DNA of 54,773 nucleotides from Thermoproteota archaeon (lineage in GTDB: Archaea; Korarchaeota; Korarchaeia; Korarchaeales; Korarchaeaceae): assembly GCA_027491435.1 (NCBI GenBank), contig JAOZFG010000012.1:1-54773 (forward strand), given 5' to 3'. The notes beneath the pieces were generated by a model. The model was not told the DNA's origin. It did no database searches and was given only the letters and a program-made list of their open reading frames with translations. This document shows positions 36,981 through 45,905 of this stretch, piece by piece. Within the stretch, counting starts at the first letter, position 1, and each line of letters begins with the position of its first letter. The translations under genes and the position numbers were made by a program.

Positions 36981-37847
36981 TTACTTATATAGCCTCCTGA
37001 AGGACTTTAGGATCTCCTCTATGCCCTTGCCCTTAACCAACCTCAGGAGGTCGCTCCTTCTAATAGCTCCCCCATTTAGGTTCAGCTCGAGCGATCCAGG
37101 AAAGGCGAAGCCGCAGCCGTTACCGAACCTGCAGGTCATAAGGTCCCAGTCATGCTCCCTGAATTTGCACGGCAGGTCTAGCTCGCTCACCAGGTTTGCT
37201 AGGGCTTCCCTCCCACCCCCACCCGGGAAGGAGGACCTTAGCCTAAGGTGAAGCGCGCCTCCCCTCTTAGTCACCATCAGGCTGGACGGCACCGGCCCCT
37301 CCTGGTAAAGGAAGTACTTGCCCTCCCTCCACCCTGAGACCCTGGGAGTCCACGTGACGAAGTTGAGCTCGAAGTTCAGGGGGTCGTTCACCCCTTCCCT
37401 GGTAATGGACCTGCTAAAGGCCTCGAAATCCGGGATTAGCAGGACGAACGCCCTGAGATTTCCCTTCCTCCCGGTGAGTATGAGTTGGTCTATTGCCTCA
37501 TCCAGCTTGCTCTTCAGCCTGTGCCTCCTGAGGACGAACTTCACCTCAACGGTCAGGTCCCCTATCACCAGGTCCGGGGTCGGGACTTCCTTCAGTGGAG
37601 GGGAGACCAGCTTCCAGTAGTCGGGCTCCTCCACCTTAGCGTAGTAGGCCAAGAAAGTGCCCGTCGCTATATCTGAGAGCGTCATCCTCCCCATCCTCTT
37701 TACGGGGAAGCACCTCTTGCACCTGTCGAAGGTGGATGGGTGGGCGGGCCCCATCTTATGGGAGTCCCCGTAGAAGGTTCCTAGGGCTAGTATCTCGTCC
37801 TCGTCAAGCCGGTAAAGCCCGTCGTTGACCTTCAGCGTAACGACCAT
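36981..37847 (-). CDS. Putative PD-(D/E)xK nuclease
   Basis: TPDLVI...TVEVK followed by helix with EAIDQL. Confidence 0.55.
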   Translation of the reverse strand: MVVTLKVNDGLYRLDEDEILALGTFYGDSHKMGPAHPSTFDRCKRCFPVKRMGRMTLSDIATGTFLAYYAKVEEPDYWKLVSPPLKEVPTPDLVIGDLTVEVKFVLRRHRLKSKLDEAIDQLILTGRKGNLRAFVLLIPDFEAFSRSITREGVNDPLNFELNFVTWTPRVSGWREGKYFLYQEGPVPSSLMVTKRGGALHLRLRSSFPGGGGREALANLVSELDLPCKFREHDWDLMTCRFGNGCGFAFPGSLELNLNGGAIRRSDLLRLVKGKGIEEILKSFRRLYK

Positions 37848-37883
37848 TTCACTTTATTAAGGGGATCCTCCATATTAAATGGT

Positions 37884-38606
37884 GTGAGGTACCCCCCTCC
37901 CCTCAGGTCGTTGCTTATAGCTGGAGCGATGGTCGCCTTAACGGTTATTCTGGTGTACATGGGAGAGTACAGGGGTCAGGCGATGAGGCAGAGCTCGGGC
38001 GAGGAGGTCAAGTTACCCTCTCCCAGAACTGAGGGGGGTATGTCAGTGGAGGAGGCCATCCTGAGGAGGAGGTCCATCAGGGACTACAAGAGGGAGCCCC
38101 TGACCCTTGAAGAGGTGTCCCAGTTGCTTTGGGCGGCCCAGGGAATAACTTCAAGGAGGGGCTTCAGGTCGTCCCCCAGCGCCGGCGCTACCTACCCAAT
38201 GGTGATCTTCCTGGCAGTGAAGGAGGGCGGGGTCATCGGTTTGGAGGCGGGGATTTACAGGTACGACCCCTGGAACCACTCCCTCACCGTGATTTCCAGG
38301 GGAGATCCCTCTTTCCAGCTTTACAGGGCCTGTCTTGATCAGGAGTGGGTGAGGTCAGCTCCCGTTAACGTGCTCCTATTCGCGAACTTCACCAGGACCA
38401 CCAGCTGGTATGGGGAGAGGGGGGTCAGGTACGTTTACATGGAAGCCGGACACATAGGACAGAACATATACTTACAGGCAACTGCCTTAAGGCTGGGCAC
38501 CGTGGCCGTAGGCGCTTTTTACGACGAACAACTCCAGGAGATTGTGGGCATGGAGCTAGACCCCCTGTACGTGTTCCCAGTTGGGAGGCCTTTAAATGAG
38601 CCATAA
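37884..38606 (+). CDS. SagB/ThcOx-family nitroreductase with N-terminal TM anchor
   Basis: RRSIR.Y, LLWAAQG, PSAGA.YP, YG.RG.RY..MEAGH..QN..L.A and G.F.D. Confidence 0.9.
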   Translation: MRYPPPLRSLLIAGAMVALTVILVYMGEYRGQAMRQSSGEEVKLPSPRTEGGMSVEEAILRRRSIRDYKREPLTLEEVSQLLWAAQGITSRRGFRSSPSAGATYPMVIFLAVKEGGVIGLEAGIYRYDPWNHSLTVISRGDPSFQLYRACLDQEWVRSAPVNVLLFANFTRTTSWYGERGVRYVYMEAGHIGQNIYLQATALRLGTVAVGAFYDEQLQEIVGMELDPLYVFPVGRPLNEP

Positions 38607-38784
38607 CTGGTTGGCGACCCTTTCCATGTACTACGGAGCCCTGGTAATAGTGACAGGCTTAATACTCTACTTCTCCCCAAAGATAAGGAGGAAGAGGTTC
38701 CTGAGCTACGTGAGGCTAGTCCACTTGGTAGGGGGGATACTCACAGGTATTTTAGCGCTGTTGACCTACCTCTCAGCCCCTTAG
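38596..38784 (+). CDS. Small two-TM protein with two His residues
   Basis: 62 aa; overlaps the nitroreductase stop; TGLILY...R..HL..G pattern. Confidence 0.6.
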   Translation: MSHNWLATLSMYYGALVIVTGLILYFSPKIRRKRFLSYVRLVHLVGGILTGILALLTYLSAP

Positions 38785-39683
38785 TAGTAGGACACCATGT
38801 ACTTTGAGATCGTATCAGTGAGGATCTCCTTAGCCCTATCGTAGCTCTTACTCCTCACCAGCCTGTTTAGCACGTCTGAGAGGAGGGCCCTAACCTGGCT
38901 CTCTGGAGCCCTCCTAGGTATGACAGCTGCCGCTAGAAGGCCCGTGTTAGACACTATAACTATCTTCTTGTCCTGCATCTCTATAGACGTGGGTATGTCC
39001 TCCATGGACTCTTTGACGAAGTCCTTCGCCAGGGACAGGAAGGCGCTCAAAGTGACGCTCCTGCTGTTGGCCGGGCTCCTTATCAGGGGCCTGCCCTTAT
39101 CGTCAATTATGATTATGTCCTCTATCTTCACAGGGGTTAAGATCCTCTCTCCGGTGAGCTTCTCGTAGAGCCATCCGAAGGCCTCATATAGACCGAATCC
39201 TGTCAGACCACTAGTCCATACGACCTGCCAGGGCCTATCCCCTAGCTTGTAGGGCTCGAGGAAGTCTATTATTTCACCGGGGGTGGCCGCGTTCTCTAGA
39301 TCAGCCTTGTTGGCCAGTATGAGCACGGGCACCTTCCTCCTGACCATAGACACAACCTTCCAGAACTCCTGCTTAGCTTCAAGGAACCTGGACCTATCAG
39401 CGGCGTCTATGACGAAGATTATAGCGTCAGCCCTCTCAGCGTATTCCACCCACATCTTCCTGAAGGCCTTCTGGCCTCCCAGGTCCCACACCTTCAGCTC
39501 CAGGTTTCTAACTGAAAACCTCTCGTAATTGGCTCCCATAGTGGGAATGGTGACTCCCGGATCTCCAGACCTCAAGTAGTTTAATATGGTTGTCTTTCCA
39601 GCCTTATCGAGCCCCAGCATGACGATTGTGACTGAGTTTTTGAAGCCCAGGAATAGCTTGATCAATTTTTTGGCCCAGGACAA
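38781..39683 (-). CDS. Arf-family small GTPase fused to a C-terminal longin-like domain
   Basis: Amphipathic N-terminal helix; GLDKAGKTT, TIPTMG, WDLGGQxxxRxxW, NKAD and SGLTG; C-terminal IIIIDDKGRPL..LSAFLS..F..E..SI....KIV..L.A longin pattern. Confidence 0.9.
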   Translation of the reverse strand: MSWAKKLIKLFLGFKNSVTIVMLGLDKAGKTTILNYLRSGDPGVTIPTMGANYERFSVRNLELKVWDLGGQKAFRKMWVEYAERADAIIFVIDAADRSRFLEAKQEFWKVVSMVRRKVPVLILANKADLENAATPGEIIDFLEPYKLGDRPWQVVWTSGLTGFGLYEAFGWLYEKLTGERILTPVKIEDIIIIDDKGRPLIRSPANSRSVTLSAFLSLAKDFVKESMEDIPTSIEMQDKKIVIVSNTGLLAAAVIPRRAPESQVRALLSDVLNRLVRSKSYDRAKEILTDTISKYMVSYY

Positions 39684-39794
39684 CCTTAACCCCCGCTTAC
39701 TAATATTTCTGACTTATATTTTAGCGTTGTCATTTATATGCGTTTTCCGAGAGATTCGACTCTACGAGGCTTTAAATAATGATGAGCTGCTAGT

Positions 39795-40211
39795 TTACAG
39801 CATTCTGTAGATTTCTGGCATCTCCCTTACTATTTCCGCTAATTTGAGGGAGTATTCCCCACCGTTGACCCTCTTAACTAATTCTTTTATTTTGTTTCTC
39901 ACTTTCAGGTTTATAGAGCCTTTTGAAGCAACACCTAGACTCATAACCATATTTCTGGTAGACCTCCTTAGGGTAAATGTTGCCGTGAATACTTCAAAAT
40001 CTCCTATCCTAAAGGAAACGTATTCGCCCCCTCCAGCGCTCATCGTGAAAGAACCTAAGCTTATTTTTTCTTTAATCTCCTCATTTAAAACTTCGTCCGG
40101 GAGCTTCATAACTATCTCAGGTCCATCAGTGCTCAGCGTAGCTAAGAAGACAAAGCCCTTATCGACATTATCTCCCTTCCTTTGCCTTGAGAGGGTGTCG
40201 CTAGCTCCCAT
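39795..40211 (-). CDS. Putative uDENN/NPRL2-type longin-domain protein
   Basis: FVFLATL...GPEIV.KLP and FT.TFTL..STRN....LGV patterns; TTATAAAA ~30 bp upstream (track start 40217). Confidence 0.55.
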   Translation of the reverse strand: MGASDTLSRQRKGDNVDKGFVFLATLSTDGPEIVMKLPDEVLNEEIKEKISLGSFTMSAGGGEYVSFRIGDFEVFTATFTLRRSTRNMVMSLGVASKGSINLKVRNKIKELVKRVNGGEYSLKLAEIVREMPEIYRML

Positions 40212-40217
40212 GATCAA

Positions 40218-41072
40218 TCAGGTATCTGTACTATGCGACTTTTATAACCTTTTATTATTTGCTGAAGCTGTTCTCACGGATGAAAGTTTAGCATTTCTAA
40301 GCTAATTCACTAGCTTATTAAATTTAAATGGCTAGTAACATCCCTTATATAAAAGTAACTGCGTTATTAAGAAAAATCTTTTAATTAATTTATTATAGCG
40401 TTATGCGCTTGAGGATCACCGCTTTTTCCCAATTAAAATTTATCGTAATGAGCTTAATAAGGCTAAAATAATTATTTATATAGATTGTAGGAAGTGAGGA
40501 AGTATAAGCTTAAATGTGAAAAGTTAATAAGATAAAAATTACTGATCAAAAATAGCTGTAGTTAGCTCTTATGAACCTAAGTGATCGGATCTCTTTCAGA
40601 AAAATGTAGAGCTATAATAATTAAATACATTTCGAGCCATTATCAAATTAATGATTATTTAATTATAAAGTCCAGTAAATGTATAAAAATGAAAAGAACT
40701 CAACCTCAAAGGAGCGGATCTCGTTCGTTACTGTGAGTCTGAAATTCATATATTGATTCAGTTTAAGCATAAGTTGTTAAGGGTCTTCTTACAGATATAG
40801 GAGAAATGCGTAAAGTTAGTTGTAGTTGAATCTCTAGCGGTTAGCTTGGGGCCTAATTTGACATCGCCTAAAATTAAGCGAATTTCGGTTCCAAAATCCA
40901 GTTTCAGATATCCAGTTTTGAGAGTTTTTCACAAATACTTTATAAAGGTTAGGCGGCCAATCTCATACCTCCTTTTGAAACGAAGTGACTTTAGATTCCA
41001 TCATTAGGAACATATAGCATTTCCTTATGGAAAATAATACTTATATATGAAACACTCCCCAGTTAACGTGGG
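40218..41072. promoter_or_regulatory. ~850-bp AT-rich non-coding region with the cas promoter and palindromes
   Basis: No credible ORF; TTCC-N7-GGAA (40996-41010) and TTTCC-N4-GGAAA (41020-41033) precede TTATATA (41041-41047); extra TTTATAAA at ~40939-40946. Confidence 0.55.
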
Positions 41073-41414
41073 GTGATCCCCTTGGAATGTATGAATGAAA
41101 TCTCTAGCGTCCTGAGGTTTTTTGCCGATCAGAAGAATTACAGCTATATAGACAGGATAGCAAACGCCCTAACCCCCGATCCCGCTGAAAAGGCCATACA
41201 AGAAGCCCTAAGGCATTTAAGATCCCTTTATGACTCTTCCTTTGATTATAAAGACGAGAAAAGCGGAAAAACTTTGAAAGCCGTTAGAATAGGTGATAAG
41301 CCCGTAATTCTGCCCAAAATGCCGAAAGAAGAATGTGTTAGAGAGGTGTTAGAGGCTCTCTCTGATAGCTCCTTTAGGAGGAGGCTTGCTATCCTGTCTC
41401 TCTCATGGGGGTGA
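41073..41414 (+). CDS. csa5: Type I-A small subunit Csa5 (Cas11)
   Basis: YSYIDRIANAL......AI.EALR pattern; first gene before cas7. Confidence 0.85.
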   Translation: MIPLECMNEISSVLRFFADQKNYSYIDRIANALTPDPAEKAIQEALRHLRSLYDSSFDYKDEKSGKTLKAVRIGDKPVILPKMPKEECVREVLEALSDSSFRRRLAILSLSWG

Positions 41415-41418
41415 TGGT

Positions 41419-42426
41419 ATGTTCTTATCGGCTGGCGTCAGGTTTGAGGCCAATGTTGAGGCCTTGAATTCGGTAGAGACCACTGGTAATTTTTCCAAAC
41501 ACAGAAAGGTTCCCTACATAATATGGAATGAGGAAAAGGAATCATATGACGTGATATACGTCCCGGCTATGAGTGGAGAGAGCTTGGCACATGCATATCA
41601 GGAGCTCCTAGTTAGGGAGGCCCTTAACCTAGACAAGAATGCGCCAATATGCGACGACTGTAGAAGGGGAGAGTTCTTCAAGTCTATGAATAAGGACCAC
41701 TTAAAGGGAAAAGTAGACGTCTCCAAACTCAAGCAGATTACTCCTCAGGAAGTTGAGAAATCCATTGTGAATAACTGCCTGATTGAAGATATAGGTGGAT
41801 TTTTGTACGCTGAAAAGCCCCCTGTAAAGAGGACTTCATCGTTCCAGTTTAGTTACGCAGTGCCAGTGAAGAATGTAGCGTTGTTGAGCGTCACGGAGCC
41901 CTTACTTCACGCCAGACATGCTCAGATGAGGGAGATGAAAGGGAAGTCTGAGAGGGAAGGGGCTGCAGAGCAAATGATATACTACGTAGAGGCTGGAACT
42001 GCGATCTACGGTTTCACCTTCAACCTGGACCTCGACTCCATAGGTTTAAGCTCATTTACCGGGGAGCCCATAATAGGGAAGAAAGATCTAGAGTTTAGGA
42101 AGGAGGTCGCCGTGAGGGCCTTTATAAGGATGATAAGCAGCAAGCAGTTCGGGGCTAAGTTAAGTAGGTTCTTCCCCGCTGGAGACATTCTAGGGGTGTA
42201 CGTGTCTCTGACCCAGCACCCGTTCTCTGTAACTTCACCGATATACAAGGATGCCATCTCCATGACCGCTAGGAGGTTAGATGTGCTAAAGAGTAAGTTC
42301 AACGAGAAAGTCTCCCTGATAGTATACGACTCGATGGAGGGGGTTGAAGGCCTTAGCTACGATTTCATAGAAGTAGTTAAGACTCCCGAGGAGGTAGGAG
42401 CCCTCCTAATAGAAAGGGGGTTCTGA
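41419..42426 (+). CDS. cas7: Type I-A Cas7 (Csa2)
   Basis: EALN.VE..GN..KHR, VPA.SGESLAH.YQ, EDIGGFL, VKRTS, HARH, YYVE and GAK.SRF.P. Confidence 0.95.
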   Translation: MFLSAGVRFEANVEALNSVETTGNFSKHRKVPYIIWNEEKESYDVIYVPAMSGESLAHAYQELLVREALNLDKNAPICDDCRRGEFFKSMNKDHLKGKVDVSKLKQITPQEVEKSIVNNCLIEDIGGFLYAEKPPVKRTSSFQFSYAVPVKNVALLSVTEPLLHARHAQMREMKGKSEREGAAEQMIYYVEAGTAIYGFTFNLDLDSIGLSSFTGEPIIGKKDLEFRKEVAVRAFIRMISSKQFGAKLSRFFPAGDILGVYVSLTQHPFSVTSPIYKDAISMTARRLDVLKSKFNEKVSLIVYDSMEGVEGLSYDFIEVVKTPEEVGALLIERGF

Positions 42427-43142
42427 TGAAATTCCTCTTAGTGAGGGTGAGGTTTAACTGGGGCTTTGCGGCCAGGTTTCAGCCTCAAAGCAAAATGAGG
42501 ATGGCCTTCAAGTACCCCCCTCCCACCACTTTATTAGGGGCCCTGGCCTATCCCTTAATCAGACTTAGAAGCGGTAGGGTTGAGTTAGTAGCCAAAGGAA
42601 AGAAGTTAACCAGTGCTACGGAGCAATTTAAGAAGTACTTTGAGGAGGTTGCCGTTTCTATGCAGGATGAACCTTCAGTTTACGGCAGCTATTTGAGAGT
42701 TAACAGAATCTATAGAGGAAGCGTTGACTTCGGGGTTACGGCCCTACCATCCTCTTTCCTTTACTCTAACGGAGAGGCTACAGCAGACCTGGTTTACGTG
42801 ATGAAGGAGGTGCCTGAAGGTTTGGAGAGGGCCGCTTGGGGGATATCCAGAATAGGGTCTAGAGAATCTGTAGTCTCTGTGGACTCGGTCTATGTTGGGG
42901 ATGCTTCCCTTAAGAGGGGAGAAAGCGCTAAGACGAGGTTTTCTTTCTACCTAAAAGATTACAAGGTTAGAGGCAATGGCACTGTGCTTTACGTCGTGGA
43001 CTGGAGGGAGCAGGAAATTGGCAATTACGCTAAGGCCGAGAGAGTCCCTTATTACTACCCCAAGGGGGAGGTAGAGGTCTCCGGAGAACTAAGCTGGTTC
43101 GAACTAAATTTGCCTTGGGGTAAGGAGGTGGTGTTACATTAA
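42426..43142 (+). CDS. cas5: Type I-A Cas5
   Basis: WGF, YPPPTTLLGALAY and RIGSRES.VSV. Confidence 0.93.
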   Translation: MKFLLVRVRFNWGFAARFQPQSKMRMAFKYPPPTTLLGALAYPLIRLRSGRVELVAKGKKLTSATEQFKKYFEEVAVSMQDEPSVYGSYLRVNRIYRGSVDFGVTALPSSFLYSNGEATADLVYVMKEVPEGLERAAWGISRIGSRESVVSVDSVYVGDASLKRGESAKTRFSFYLKDYKVRGNGTVLYVVDWREQEIGNYAKAERVPYYYPKGEVEVSGELSWFELNLPWGKEVVLH

Positions 43143-43143
43143 G

Positions 43144-44367
43144 GTGAGAATTGATCTGCCAGTTTCTGGCATTGTGAGCGAGCTAATTTACCTGGGGATA
43201 GCCCTGATCATAGAATATGGAGGGGCTGATCCAGCAGGTCCAGGAGTTATAGAGATAGATCAGGGCTTATTCAAGGACTCTCTACCTGAAATAATAAGAA
43301 GTGTGCTGGAACAAGTGGATGAAAAAGTGAAAGATTTTCCTGGGACTAAAGTAGCCGGAAATGATAAAAACAGTTACAACAAGGCTTACTTGACGAACTT
43401 CGGGATTAACCTCCCTGAAGGGATTACTTACCCAGCTCTTTTCAGAGATGTCTCCAACAGGACGGCTGATCTAATAAAGGGGGGTAAGTTAAACCCGGTT
43501 AACTCAATAAGATCGATAGATGGGAACTTCCTCGGGGTTAAAGGGCCTGAAAACTTTATAATGCCCTCTATAATAAAGCAGATGGAGTTTTATGAGAAGA
43601 GCACTGTATTTATGAAGCCCACCACAGGCCCAAAGTCGATGATAGAAATGGACCCGTTTTGGTTCACTCTGCTCTCTCTTGGGTTCCTCTGGGGATACTC
43701 CGGCTATTATGGGGGGGCTTACTACATTACGACATATCCAGGTATAGAGGCAAGGCTTGAAGAGCACTCTCAGATATTGGACACGATAAACATGGTTTCC
43801 TACACCAACCTGAGGAGTAAAAGAAGGCTCGATAAGGAGGAAGTTTATGAGTTGGGGCTCTCCCTAGATATAGCTTTAAAGGCCGAGAGCTCAGAGGCTG
43901 TAAGTGGCTATAGGTGGCCGGTTAGGCTTTACAAGGAGGCGGTAGTAGGACAGGCTTATACAGCTGAGAAGAGCCTCGATCTAAACTTAGGTGACATGAT
44001 AAATTTTATGATAAGATACGCCTCTAATTGGAGGAAATTAAGTAAGAAACCAACTGTAAAGTTAAATAATAGGGAAGTATCTCCCTTAGAAGCTTTAATT
44101 GCTTTGGCTGAGAGGGAGCTGAGCTCCAATAAGGGGGTTAGGGGAGATAACGAGATGGTGGCCTACTTGCTGGTCAAGGACATACATAGGGCCATATCAA
44201 GTGGCAAGCCTAGTCTAATGGAAGAAACCCTGTACAGGGCTGCCAGGAAATCGAGAGGAGCGAGGGAGTCTGGAGAAGTGGATGGCACGCTTAGCTACAC
44301 TTTGTACACGTTCTTCAGCAGGAGACACCTAGAAGTCCTTCTAGGTGTCCTAAATGAGCTTAGTTGA
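43144..44367 (+). CDS. cas8a: Type I-A large subunit (Cas8a/Csa4-like)
   Basis: Position between cas5 and cas3; GNDK and PSI.K..EFYE motifs; divergent sequence. Confidence 0.75.
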   Translation: MRIDLPVSGIVSELIYLGIALIIEYGGADPAGPGVIEIDQGLFKDSLPEIIRSVLEQVDEKVKDFPGTKVAGNDKNSYNKAYLTNFGINLPEGITYPALFRDVSNRTADLIKGGKLNPVNSIRSIDGNFLGVKGPENFIMPSIIKQMEFYEKSTVFMKPTTGPKSMIEMDPFWFTLLSLGFLWGYSGYYGGAYYITTYPGIEARLEEHSQILDTINMVSYTNLRSKRRLDKEEVYELGLSLDIALKAESSEAVSGYRWPVRLYKEAVVGQAYTAEKSLDLNLGDMINFMIRYASNWRKLSKKPTVKLNNREVSPLEALIALAERELSSNKGVRGDNEMVAYLLVKDIHRAISSGKPSLMEETLYRAARKSRGARESGEVDGTLSYTLYTFFSRRHLEVLLGVLNELS

Positions 44368-45904
44368 CGAATATAAGAGACTGGTGAGGGGCCTCTTTAA
44401 TAACCCAGGCACCAGAGTCATAATTGAAGAGGCATTGAAGAGCTTAGATGAAGATTTGGAGGGAAAACCTTTCTACGTTATTAGAGCCCCTACAGGATAC
44501 GGCAAGACTACCTTTTCGTATACCCTGGCTTTACACGCCTTAAAGGATAACAGTCGCTTTGAAAAGGTCATACATGTGCTTCCTTTCAGGGCAATAATAG
44601 AGGACGCTTACCATAAGTCCTCTTTTCTCTTTCCCTTTGTCGGCAGGCAGATGATGGGAGTTCATGAAAGCCCGTTCCTGCTAAAAGCCCTTACATTTAC
44701 AACTGTGGACACGTTCATCTACGACTTGATGAAGCTTAACACCATGAAGTCCTCAGCTATAAGGGAGGGAAGGGAGTACGGGTACGACTACTTCACGCAG
44801 GCAGGCATAGTTTTGAGCGCAATTGTCTTCGACGAAGCTCATGTAGCACTAGAGGGGGAGATGGCCTCCGCTTTTCTAACTGCTTTAGAGGTGCTCATGC
44901 ACCTTGGAACTCCAATATTCATCTTAACAGCCACTATTAGCGAAAACTACTCGAAAAGACTTAGGAGGCGGGCCGAGGAGAGGGGATATATCTATAGAGT
45001 ATTCCCCGAGTTCGGTCAGCAGGTAAATGATGATTTCTTCAAGAGGGAGGAGGCTAAACAGATAAATATAAGCGTCGCCGACGGATTTGACCTAGTTAAT
45101 TTGGTGAGTGGGGATAAGAGGTACCTGATAGTAGTCAATACAGTTAAGAGAGCCCAGGAGATATACTCTAGGTTGAGATCTCAACTGAAGGAGAGAGATA
45201 TCTTATTAATTCACAGCAGATTTACTCCTAGCGATAGGAGAGCTAAAATAAGTAAGTTAGAGTCTTTAAAAAATAAAGAGAGCTGGGTAGTAGTTTCAAC
45301 TCAGGTAATAGAGGCAGGAGTAGATATTTCCAGCGATGTGCTAATAACTGAGCTAGCCCCTCCTACAAGCCTAATCCAAAGGATGGGCAGGAACGCCAGA
45401 TTCGACGAAAAAAGTGGAGAAATTCACATAATACTTAGTGAGAAGTGCCCTCCCTATCCAGATGACCTCTGTGAAAGGACAAGGAATTGGTTGAAGGAGA
45501 AATACCAGAAATTGAAGCCCAGGGATCCCAGCACTTATCAGGGGCTGTTGAACGAAGTTTACCAAGTTTTAAAGGGAAGACGTTATCCAGACCTGTTGAC
45601 CTTCATGCTGGATCCTCTGGTAAGATCAGATGAGATGTCTAGCTATATAAGGAATCTCTCTGGAAGGAATTTCCTTAGAGAGTATCCGATCCAGCTATTC
45701 GTAGGCAAGGAAGCTGTTCCAGTCACTCCATATATACTTAGGGAGCTCATCAGAAGGGGAGCTAAAATAAGTTGCGGTGAAAAATGTAAATTAACCGAGG
45801 GAAACCTCCAGAACGTCGTGGAGAGAATAGCTAACTGGGAGGACATAAAGTTGACTCTGGAAAACCAAGATTTCTACGATAAGGAGCTTGGATTAAGGTG
45901 GTAA
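44354..45904 (+). CDS. cas3: Cas3' helicase
   Basis: APTGYGKT, DEAH, TAT, VNTV.RA, HSRF...DR, STQVIEAGVDI and QRMGR.AR. Confidence 0.95.
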   Translation: MSLVDEYKRLVRGLFNNPGTRVIIEEALKSLDEDLEGKPFYVIRAPTGYGKTTFSYTLALHALKDNSRFEKVIHVLPFRAIIEDAYHKSSFLFPFVGRQMMGVHESPFLLKALTFTTVDTFIYDLMKLNTMKSSAIREGREYGYDYFTQAGIVLSAIVFDEAHVALEGEMASAFLTALEVLMHLGTPIFILTATISENYSKRLRRRAEERGYIYRVFPEFGQQVNDDFFKREEAKQINISVADGFDLVNLVSGDKRYLIVVNTVKRAQEIYSRLRSQLKERDILLIHSRFTPSDRRAKISKLESLKNKESWVVVSTQVIEAGVDISSDVLITELAPPTSLIQRMGRNARFDEKSGEIHIILSEKCPPYPDDLCERTRNWLKEKYQKLKPRDPSTYQGLLNEVYQVLKGRRYPDLLTFMLDPLVRSDEMSSYIRNLSGRNFLREYPIQLFVGKEAVPVTPYILRELIRRGAKISCGEKCKLTEGNLQNVVERIANWEDIKLTLENQDFYDKELGLRW

Positions 45905-45905
45905 C

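Noticed and set aside
37884-38784. RiPP (azole peptide) cluster around the SagB-like gene
   Set aside because: No YcaO, E1-like protein or Cys/Ser/Thr-rich precursor peptide nearby
40194-40211. MGASDT matches the eukaryotic MGxxxS/T myristoylation consensus
   Set aside because: Short, low-information motif; N-myristoyltransferase is not known in archaea
40218-41072. CRISPR array or replication origin in the AT-rich gap
   Set aside because: No regularly spaced repeats; the TCCAGTTT doublet near 40898-40918 does not match ORB consensus, and no cdc6/orc1 gene is nearby
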